Assembly (NCBI GenBank): GCA_963665885.2
Contig: CAXXDR010000002.1
Location: forward strand, 1,186,910-1,250,909
DNA from: Bacteroidales bacterium
GTDB taxonomy: Bacteria; Bacteroidota; Bacteroidia; Bacteroidales; JALOCA01
Length of the DNA stretch: 64,000 nt
Direction of reading: 5' to 3'
The notes beneath the pieces are model-generated. The model worked only from the letters and a program-made list of their open reading frames with translations. It did not search any database and was not told the DNA's origin. This document shows positions 1-8,200 of this stretch, piece by piece; within the stretch, counting starts at the first letter, position 1, and each line of letters starts with the position of its first letter. The position numbers and the translations under genes were made by a program.

Positions 1-102
1 TTACGATTCCGAATAAAGATTTTTAAATGAGCCGCCCATGGATGGTTTGTAGAGATTATGTAAATTAATCTCATCCATGGGTGTTTCATGGTTTTTTGGT
101 TA

Positions 103-134
103 GGGGTAAACTGGCAACGGTTTACCCCTTTTTT
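103..134 (+). terminator. Rho-independent terminator-like hairpin, presumably ending a + strand gene that lies upstream of the window
   Basis: Perfect 9-bp stem GGGGTAAAC (103-111) / GTTTACCCC (120-128) followed by TTTTTT (129-134). Confidence 0.45.
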
Positions 135-171
135 ATTTATCCGTTTCTGCATCTGCTATACCATACCCATT

Positions 172-464
172 GGTTTCAATAGATTAATGCCACTTATGAA
201 TTAGCAAATACCCCTTTTCAATAGATTAATGCCACTTGTTAGTTAATGAATGCCTCTATTCATTAGACTAATGCTATTCATTAATAAATAAAAGAGCCTT
301 TTCTTTAGATTAATGCCTCTTATTAATTAACAAACACCTCTTTTCAACTGATTAATGTCACTTGTTAGTTAACAAATCCCCCTTTTCAATAGATTAACGC
401 CATTTATTAATTAATAAGAGCCTATAGTCTTCAGATTACTGTCATTTGTTAGTTAAGATAGCCC
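172..464. repeat. Tandem array A: 7 units of 42 bp (294 bp), consensus roughly TTTTCAATAGATTAATGCCACTTGTTAGTTAACAAATNCCCC
   Basis: The AGATTAAT-type anchor recurs at 181, 223, 265, 307, 349, 391 and 433, an exact 42-bp spacing. No ORF spans it. It ends 209 bp upstream of the start codon at 673. Confidence 0.9.
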
Positions 465-672
465 TGAATTTTGAAAAAATACGCCCATGTCAGTGAAAAA
501 AATTTTAAAAAATTACTATATAATGATTTGTAAAATAAAAAAAGATTAATTTTGTAAAAATAAATCTGACATGTATCAGACCTATCCATCCGGGAGGTAA
601 AAGAAAATTTTGTCAGATGTAAAATAATAATGATAGGGGTAATAATTTTATAAAACATAAATTTTAAATCAT

Positions 673-2331
673 ATGAAAAAACTGTTAATCATTTTTTTGA
701 CCTTTTATTCCATATCAATATCATATGGACAGGGTTTTCAATTAAACATTTCACCAGATACACTCTATATTAATCAAGGTGATATAGCAAATTTTAACAT
801 CACAGCTACACCGACTGGAGGATTTAATGCCTCAATAATTCTTAGTAATACAAATATGAATTGTTTAACAGATTTAACATTTTTGCCAAACATTATAAAT
901 CCTCCATATAATGGCCAATTACAGATAGGTTCAACGTCTGTTCTTATGCCGGGTGATTACAAGATTATTGTCAAAGGAGAAAACGGATCAATAGTAGCAT
1001 TCGACAGTTGCTATGTTCACATAAACTATAATGGCAATATGCACTGGACTGTTTATAACATTTTTAATTCTGGGTTAACCTATAATACTGTCAGTGCAAT
1101 TGCAGTTGATAATAATGATGATATTTGGGTTGGGACTCGCTATACATCTTTTTATGGCGATCCACCAGCTTGTTTGGCAAAATTTAATAGGCAGCAATGG
1201 GAAGTGTGGACCAATAGCAATCATATTATAACAGATTACTGTGGCCAAATTTTATCTCAAGAGAATTTTTCTATACTTGGATATGATGGAAGCATTAATT
1301 GCATCAAAATTGATAAAAACAATACAAAATGGATTGGAACCCCTAATGGTTTATTTAAATTTAATGATACAACTTGGAATGTTTATCTAAATAACGAGAA
1401 TGTTATGGCGCTTGCAATTGACTCAAATAATGTTTTATGGGCTGGCACATATGGAAACGGTTTGGCTAAATTTGATGGTATAAACTGGACAACTTATACA
1501 ACATCCAACTCTTTATTGCCCAGCAATGATATATATTCTCTTGCCATTCAGACAGACACAGTTATATGGGTTGGAACATGGGGGAGCGGCATCGGAAAGT
1601 ATGATGGAATCTTTTGGACAATATATAATACTGGTAATTCTGGTTTAACAGATAATGATATTCAATGCATAGAAATAGACAAACAAAATAATGTGTGGAT
1701 AGCTCCGGAAAGCAATGGCTTGTGCATTTACGACGGAACAACGTGGAGCTTAATAAATCAAAATAATTCTGGACTTTCATCTGATTGTGTTAAAGCAATC
1801 TATGTTGATCAGAATAACATTAAATGGATAGGTGCTGGCGGACCCAATTGTGGAATGAATGGTTTAAATAAGTTTGATGATAGCAATTGGCAATTATTTA
1901 ATTCCTCAAACTCAGGCATGCCCGTGAATATCTTTCCAAGTGTCCCTAATGATTTAGTATATGCAATAAATAAAGATGCTGAAGAAACATTGTGGATTGG
2001 AGTTTGGGGAGGAGGATTAGCTGCATATAACGAAACGGATTTAGCTCATGATATTTTATTAGATGTTCACGAAAATGAAGCTAACTCTTATCTTGACCTG
2101 ACAAATATTTATCCAAACCCCTCAAATGGTAATATAAATATAAACACTAACAAGGGATTATTAAATATTCGAATAATTAATGTCAGTGGTCAAATAGTAT
2201 ATAATGAGATAATAAATGATAAAAACGTTATGTATAGGCAAATAAATTTAAATAATGCTCCACGAGGGTTATATTTTATAAACATAACTGATAAAAATAA
2301 AACAATAACAAAAAAAATAATTATTGAATAA
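673..2331 (+). CDS. Secreted T9SS cargo protein with beta-propeller repeats of the two-component-regulator-propeller (Reg_prop) type and a C-terminal T9SS type A sorting domain
   Basis: 552-aa ORF with an N-terminal signal peptide (MKKLLIIFLTFYSISISYGQ). It has many W(I/V)GT..GL..(F/Y) repeats. The C-terminus (IYPNPSNGNININ...GLYFINITDKNKTITKKIIIE) matches the T9SS CTD pattern. Confidence 0.85.
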   Translation: MKKLLIIFLTFYSISISYGQGFQLNISPDTLYINQGDIANFNITATPTGGFNASIILSNTNMNCLTDLTFLPNIINPPYNGQLQIGSTSVLMPGDYKIIVKGENGSIVAFDSCYVHINYNGNMHWTVYNIFNSGLTYNTVSAIAVDNNDDIWVGTRYTSFYGDPPACLAKFNRQQWEVWTNSNHIITDYCGQILSQENFSILGYDGSINCIKIDKNNTKWIGTPNGLFKFNDTTWNVYLNNENVMALAIDSNNVLWAGTYGNGLAKFDGINWTTYTTSNSLLPSNDIYSLAIQTDTVIWVGTWGSGIGKYDGIFWTIYNTGNSGLTDNDIQCIEIDKQNNVWIAPESNGLCIYDGTTWSLINQNNSGLSSDCVKAIYVDQNNIKWIGAGGPNCGMNGLNKFDDSNWQLFNSSNSGMPVNIFPSVPNDLVYAINKDAEETLWIGVWGGGLAAYNETDLAHDILLDVHENEANSYLDLTNIYPNPSNGNININTNKGLLNIRIINVSGQIVYNEIINDKNVMYRQINLNNAPRGLYFINITDKNKTITKKIIIE

Positions 2332-2400
2332 ATTTACTAATAGGACTTTATGCGGTACGAAGTAACAAGCGTGTAGTCATGTCCTATTAAATCTTCCTAG

Positions 2401-2490
2401 TTCTTTAGAATACTACCAATTGGTACTTAATGAGTACCTCTTTTCAATTGATTATTACCATTCATTAATAAGCAAGTATGCTTTTTCAAT
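2401..2490. repeat. Two further copies, plus a partial third, of the array-A 42-bp unit, located just downstream of the same gene
   Basis: TTCTTTAGAATACTACCAATTGGTACTTAATGAGTACCTC and TTTTCAATTGATTATTACCATTCATTAATAAGCAAGTATGC share the TTTTCAAT..GATTA..CCA..ATTAAT frame of array A. Confidence 0.7.
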
Positions 2491-2530
2491 AAAAAAGGCC
2501 GCTCTGCCGATAAGCAAAGCGACCTTTTTT
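2491..2530. terminator. Putative bidirectional terminator between convergent genes
   Basis: A-run, then stem GGCCGCT/AGCGACC (7 bp with 1 mismatch), then T-run. It lies between the stop at 2331 (+) and the stop at 2567 (-). Confidence 0.4.
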
Positions 2531-2566
2531 GGATATTATCCGAAAATGATGACGGATAATGATAAT

Positions 2567-4291
2567 TTATCTTGCGGGAGGAGTGTACGATCCATTGGCA
2601 TCGCCATAAACCAGACCGTTGAAATCCTGTATCACATCGTTACCATTGACCGTTAGCGGTACATTGTTGAATAACCAGTCGCCTACCGAAAAGGAGGTAA
2701 TGATAATGGCAATGCGTTTCTTTATCAGCAATACATCGGAAGCCGACAAACTGCCCGATCCGTTAACATCGCCGGAAGCTAAATAAATTCCCGATAATTG
2801 GGAAATATTGGCAATATGTTTTTTGTAAAGCAACACATCGGAAGCGCTAACGCCGCCCCAGGGTTTGGCGGTGCTTACGCTAAGCGTATAACTACCATCA
2901 TCTACATTGCCAAAACTATAAGCGCCCGTAGTATTGGTAGTAGCCGTAGCCACCACATTGCCGCTGTTGTTCTTCAGGTCAATGGTTAATCCGCTCAGCG
3001 GGGTGTTTGCATTGTTGGAATAATGAATGGTTCCGCTCACGGTATGCCCGCCGGCTCCGCACATGTTGAAAGGAACGAAAGTAACCAGGCCCAGCGAATC
3101 AATATCCACCTTGTGAACGATTACCTGCTCAATGGCGGCGGGTGTAATGTTGTTGATGCCCCAGCAGTTGTTCATGGCGCTGACGGCATTGGGTGTATTG
3201 TTGTAGAAAGCGATAATATTGCCTCCGTTTCCGTTGTTTTCGAACGTATTGTTGCCCGGATTGTACGTAGCCGCAGCGGTATCGCCAAGATTGATCATGG
3301 CATGGCTCTGGGCGGTAATTCCCCAAAGGTTACCGGTAATGGTGTTGCCGGTTACCATAGCGTGGTAGTTCTGGACGCCGTAAAAATTCAGTCCGCTTCC
3401 GCCCAGCATCGGATTTCCTTCACTATTGTTATCCTGAATGTTGTTGTAACTGATTTCTCCGCTCATGTTGTTTCCTGTAAAAGCAATTCCGTAACGGTTA
3501 TCTTTTACCATGTTACTATCAATAACGGCATTGCAGGTTACGCCCAGCAGGGATGAAACAGCGATACCGCCTGCTTTGGTATTTGCCCGGTTTCCTAAAA
3601 TATAGTTACTGATGATAAAAGTGGTATCGCCATCGCCCGAAGGTCCCAGGTTTATCTGCGGACGATTGGAATTATCGGTGGTATTATTATAGAAATAACA
3701 GTGTTTGATTACCGGCGCTGCCGAAATATTGGCTCCGGAAGCGATGGCGGAACGAATATTATCGGTAAACTGGCAACGGGTTATAGTTGTATTTCCTCCG
3801 AAAAGTTCGAGTGCAGCGCTGGTGGAGTTGAGTTTACTTTGTTTCCTTATAATGCAGGAATCAATCGAAAGACTGCCTCCCAGCTTGCGAATGCCCCCGC
3901 CAAATTCGATGCGGGATTTTCGGATAACGATAACCGAATTGTCCTCAAAGGTAATTCCTTTGTAATTGTTGAGGGTATCGGTAGCCGTCAGCATCACACC
4001 TTGCGGTGGATTGATGGTAAAAGAACCTTTGACGGTAAGTAAAACGGCCGGATCTAATCTTACCATAACATTATTTAAAATGTTAAAATGGTCGCCGGTT
4101 TCGATAGTAAGATCGGCATGTACCTGGTAAGAGCCGCCACCGTTGGCAACAACTACACCGTTGGAGTGAGCCACTAAAGAATCGAGATTCCACACCACAC
4201 CCGTGCCGGGAGTGATGTATTGTGCCATTGTCGGGCTAATGCCAAGCACAAAGAAAAATGAAATGAGTAATAAGTAGTTTAGTTTTCTCAT
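2567..4291 (-). CDS. Secreted right-handed parallel beta-helix repeat protein with a CarboxypepD_reg-like domain and a C-terminal dockerin-like module
   Basis: 574-aa ORF with a signal peptide (MRKLNYLLLISFFFVLGISPTMAQ). The central region has beta-helix style repeats rich in N and G (NNTTDNS, GNRANTKAGGIAV, DNRYGIAFTGNN). HTVSGTIHY...TTGAYSFGNVDDGSYTLSV is CarboxypepD_reg-like. The C-terminus WGGVSASDVLLYKKHIA...GDVNGSGSLSASDVLLIKKRIA resembles duplicated dockerin segments. No T9SS CTD is recognisable. Confidence 0.8.
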   Translation of the reverse strand: MRKLNYLLLISFFFVLGISPTMAQYITPGTGVVWNLDSLVAHSNGVVVANGGGSYQVHADLTIETGDHFNILNNVMVRLDPAVLLTVKGSFTINPPQGVMLTATDTLNNYKGITFEDNSVIVIRKSRIEFGGGIRKLGGSLSIDSCIIRKQSKLNSTSAALELFGGNTTITRCQFTDNIRSAIASGANISAAPVIKHCYFYNNTTDNSNRPQINLGPSGDGDTTFIISNYILGNRANTKAGGIAVSSLLGVTCNAVIDSNMVKDNRYGIAFTGNNMSGEISYNNIQDNNSEGNPMLGGSGLNFYGVQNYHAMVTGNTITGNLWGITAQSHAMINLGDTAAATYNPGNNTFENNGNGGNIIAFYNNTPNAVSAMNNCWGINNITPAAIEQVIVHKVDIDSLGLVTFVPFNMCGAGGHTVSGTIHYSNNANTPLSGLTIDLKNNSGNVVATATTNTTGAYSFGNVDDGSYTLSVSTAKPWGGVSASDVLLYKKHIANISQLSGIYLASGDVNGSGSLSASDVLLIKKRIAIIITSFSVGDWLFNNVPLTVNGNDVIQDFNGLVYGDANGSYTPPAR

Positions 4292-4399
4292 AGCGATAGA
4301 TTTTTATGGGTTAAATCCAAACCGCTTAGGGCTTGGAAAATGGAAAATGATATAATAATTTAAGAACAGAAAAATACTCGTCAGCAATCAAAATTCAAC

Positions 4400-4597
4400 T
4401 CATCAGTTACCAGTTAAAAATTCATCAGTGATCAGTTAAAAACTCATCAGTGATCAGTTTTAAATTCATCAGGATCTTTTAATGAATTCATCAGGATCTT
4501 TTGAAGAACTTATCAGGATCTTTTGAAGAATTCGTCAGGATCTTTTGAAGAATTCATCAGGATCATTTGAAGAACTCCTCAATGATCGGGAAAAATT
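4400..4597. repeat. Tandem array B: 9 units of 22 bp, in two sub-families (TCATCAGTGATCAGTTAAAA-like x3, then TCATCAGGATCTTTTGAAGAAT-like x5-6)
   Basis: The TCATCAG anchor recurs at 4400, 4422, 4444, 4466, 4488, 4510, 4532, 4554 and 4576, an exact 22-bp spacing. The array starts 109 bp upstream of the minus-strand start codon at 4291. Confidence 0.9.
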
Positions 4598-4622
4598 TCT
4601 TGGTTATAAAATTAAAATCAGT

Positions 4623-4759
4623 ATTGTCCGATAAAAAACTTCTTTGAATGGCTAAAGCCCAATGTTTACTGTATTTTACTAACTCCAGGCTTAAGCCTGG
4701 AGTTACAAATCGCAATTACTTGAAGGACTTTAGTCCGGATACTTTTGTCGGACAACAAT
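4623..4759. other. Hairpin-rich ~137-bp element bounded by an inverted repeat; could be a structured RNA, a MITE-like element or a terminator region
   Basis: The outer IR is ATTGTCCGATAAAA (4623-4636) paired with TTTTGTCGGACAA (4744-4756). Inside are the 20-nt perfect palindrome CTCCAGGCTTAAGCCTGGAG (4683-4702), GGCTAAAGCC (4650-4659) and GGACTTTAGTCC (4725-4736). It lies just downstream of the ridA stop. Confidence 0.5.
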
Positions 4760-4793
4760 GAATAAAAACGATGAATAATCAATCAAAGAACTA

Positions 4794-5171
4794 TTATTTT
4801 ACAGCTATTGTTTCGATTTCAATCAGAACACCCAAAGGAAGTTTTACCACACCAAAGGCGGCGCGTGCGGGACTGTTTTCGAGATAATATTTACCATAAA
4901 CTTCGTTCATGGCGGCAAAGTTATTCATATCGCTAAGCAGGCAGGTTGATTTCACCACTTCGGCAAAGGTATAACCGGCTTCTTTCAGGATTTCACCTAT
5001 ATTTTTCATTACCTGTTCGGTTTGTTCTTTGATGCCGCCTTCGGCTACTTTTCCTGTTTCGGGATTGATGGGAACCTGTCCACTGATGTAAAGGGTTCCG
5101 TTGGCTTCCACAGCCTGGCTGTAAGGACCGATGGCTTTGGGCGCCTTTTCGGTATGGATTATTTTTTTCAT
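4794..5171 (-). CDS. ridA: RidA/YjgF/TdcF-family reactive-intermediate deaminase
   Basis: The 125-aa ORF reads MKKIIHTEKAPKAIGPYSQAVEANGTLYISGQVPINPETGK...VEIETIAVK, typical of the family along its full length. Confidence 0.93.
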   Translation of the reverse strand: MKKIIHTEKAPKAIGPYSQAVEANGTLYISGQVPINPETGKVAEGGIKEQTEQVMKNIGEILKEAGYTFAEVVKSTCLLSDMNNFAAMNEVYGKYYLENSPARAAFGVVKLPLGVLIEIETIAVK

Positions 5172-5247
5172 TTCATAGATTTTTAAAGATTATGGCAAAA
5201 ATACGAAAATAAGTTCACTTTTCGGGTAGGACACGTAGCAATGTGAA

Positions 5248-8200
5248 CTAATAAATCACGGTAATTGTTCCGGTACTTTTAAAATCGTTGCCAGGGCGTG
5301 TACTCCCGTTTTCAAAAAGAAGCTCTTTGATGATCCAAAAATAAGTCCCCTCCGGAACTCTTTGCCCTTTAAAGGTTCCATCCCAGCTTTCGGCAGGTTG
5401 TCCGTCCTGAATTTTATCCGATTCCCAGAGCAGATTATCCCATCGGTTGTAGATGGCTATATGATATTTCAAAATTCCATGTCCTTTGGGGGTGAACTTC
5501 TGATCTTCGGGATTGCCGCTACTGAATTTTAGCGCATTGGGAATGTAAAGCCGGTAGAAGAATAAATTGAAAACAACCGAACTTGTATCGTAACACCCGT
5601 ATTGATTGATTGCTTTTAATCTGATCAGGTAATTTCCGGTGGAATTAAACGTAGCTACAGGATTTTCCACGGTTGAAGTATCGCCATTACCAAAGTCCCA
5701 TTCATAGCGATCGGCAAAAGTTGTTTTGTTGGTCAGTTGCAGCGTGGCAGGCAAACCGTTGATATTGGTATTGGCAGACGAATAATTTAAAGTAAACTTA
5801 CTTGCCGGTTGATGGAAAACGCGAACCACGGAAACTGCCGTGTCGCGGCATCCGTTATTCCATTCCGATATCAGGGTAACATTGAAATCGCCAGCCGATG
5901 GATAAGTATGCTCAGGGTTCGACGACCAGGGAGCGCCGTCGCCGAAATTCCAGAGATGATAGGTTCCGGCATCGCCTTCCATGGTAACGGTAAGCGGTTC
6001 ACAACCTTCAACCGAATTCAGTATGGCGGCTGTTGGGTTTATTTTTACAAAAATGGTTTTACTGATGGAATCGCTACAACCCAGCAACTGACTGGTACCG
6101 GCGAGCCATATGGTGTGCCAGCCGGGGAATTGAAAAACATGGGTAGGATTGCTTTGATTGGAAAAAGTAGAATCGCCGAAATTCCAACGGATAAACGACA
6201 ATTGTTCGGATAAGTTGGTGAATTGAATTTCCTCGCCAATACAAACGGAATCGGAAGGCGTGGAAAAATTAATTACGGGCAGGTTCGAAACGTGAATCAA
6301 GGTTGAAACCGTGTCTTTGCTACAGGTGTCGTATCCCGAAACCAATAACCTTGCGCGGTAAACTCCCGATGAAGTGTAGGTATATGTTGGATTCATTTCA
6401 TGGCTCACGCCTCCGTCTCCGAATTCCCAGTCGTAACGGTAGCCTCCCTGCGAGCCGTCGCCACGGAAATGGACAGTATGCGGAGGGCAGCCCATGTTAT
6501 TGTCATAGTTGATGAAAGCCTTGGAGAAATTAGGATAAACAGTAATGGAATCTGTAATACTGTCGCGTCCGCAACCGTTAATCGTTTTTAATAAAATATA
6601 ATACGTTACGGCATCACTGTTTTCATTATAGAAAACATGTTCAAAAATTTTCGACGAAATGGTATCCACCGGAGTGTTATCGCCAAACGACCAGATATTA
6701 TAAACCGGAAGTCCTCTCGAAGTATTGGAAATTCTCAAACGAAGAGGCGAACAACCAATGCGGGTATTAGGCATGAACCGGGCTACGGGCATGGTGCGTA
6801 CTTCCACGGGCAACGATTCGCTGAGCACTCCGCAGTTAATAATCAAATCAATAGTGATATGGTAGGTTGTATCGGCAATTACACCCTGATAATAGGTGAT
6901 GGTGGTGTCGGAAAACGAATATCTTGAGGTAATAATGCTTCCGTTTCCAAAATTCCAGCGATAGCTAACTTGATTGTTATACATGGAATGATCGAAAAGA
7001 ATACGTACATCTACCGGACCGCATTGGCTTGGCGGATCATAGGATATTGTAAAAAAAGGTTGCGGAGGCGGAAAAATCACGTGAATGGTCTTTTCGATGG
7101 AATCAACACACCCATAGCGGGAACTTACAATAAGCAGCACCCTGTATTCTCCCGTATCGGCATAAACGTGAAACGGATTGGGAAGGCTGGAAGTGCTGTC
7201 GTCGCCGAAATTCCATGAATAGCTGTACCCTCCGGTGGTGGTGTTAACAAACTGTTTGTTTATTCCCACACAAAAAGTATCGGCAACAAAATCAGGAATC
7301 GGGTAGGGGTCTACTGTGATGTTGATATAATCGAAATTAAAACAATGGGTGGCTGTGTCTGTAACTTTAAGTGTAATAATAAATGTTCCCGCTCCTGAGA
7401 TGCCGGGGTCAAACGTTCCAAGGATATTATCGGTAATTCCGGAACCGCTCCACCAGGGTTCGTTGGAATAGGTTGCTCCGAGTTCCGAAAGGTTGATGGG
7501 CTCATCGCTGATGCACATTCCCCGGTCGTTTCCTGCAAAAACTTCAGGTAATGGTTTCACAATAATATAAATGCTGTCGCGTGACTCGCATGCTCCATAG
7601 CCGCGTATGTAAAGGCATTTAAAAACGCCGACATACGAAGTGTTAACCCAACCACTCGAACTGACAATGCTGCCAAACCATGAGCCGTCGGTTGGGGTTG
7701 CCCGTAAACGAAACGAAGGTTCGTTGCGGCAAATGCTTGTATCCCCATTTTGTAATGTAATGGGAACATAGGAAATGATGGAAATGGAATCCATAAGCGT
7801 TACCGTATCGCAGTCGTTGGCGGCTTTTAATATAACCCGGAAAGTCCCGGATTGGGTATATAAAATGGAGTCAGGATGAGCCAAAAGGCTTGAATCGGGG
7901 GAAGCGCCTTCAAATTTCCAGTGATAGAAATGGAATGGACTTCCGTTTTCTTCATAGCTTACCTGGGGTGTGTAATAATATGGGGCACAGCGCCGGTTGG
8001 GAGGATGGGCAAGAGTTGCCGTGGGTTTGTTGGCAACATTTATCGTAAAAGTTGTGTCATCCGTCTGTATGCAATTATTTTCCACTCTTAAGGTTACCTG
8101 GTATCCCGAAGCCAGGTACGTGTCGAAGCTGAGGGTTGGTTCTGCTGAGTGTTCGTTGGTTGGGCTGATAAAATGCCAGCCTTGTGCCGGCGTTACCGTC

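Noticed and set aside
1-100. Possible 3' end of a gene at the left edge
   Set aside because: All three plus-strand frames hit stops within 30 nt and no minus-strand ORF is evident. Only the terminator-like hairpin at 103-134 is reported.
449-658. 69-aa minus-strand ORF in the region upstream of the first gene
   Set aside because: It is an extremely AT-rich, low-complexity translation (rich in F, I, K and Y) lying in the promoter region of gene 673..2331, with no supporting features.
2420-2656. 78-aa plus-strand ORF
   Set aside because: It spans the array-A-type repeats, the putative bidirectional terminator and the 3' end of the convergent beta-helix gene, so it is not credible as a gene.
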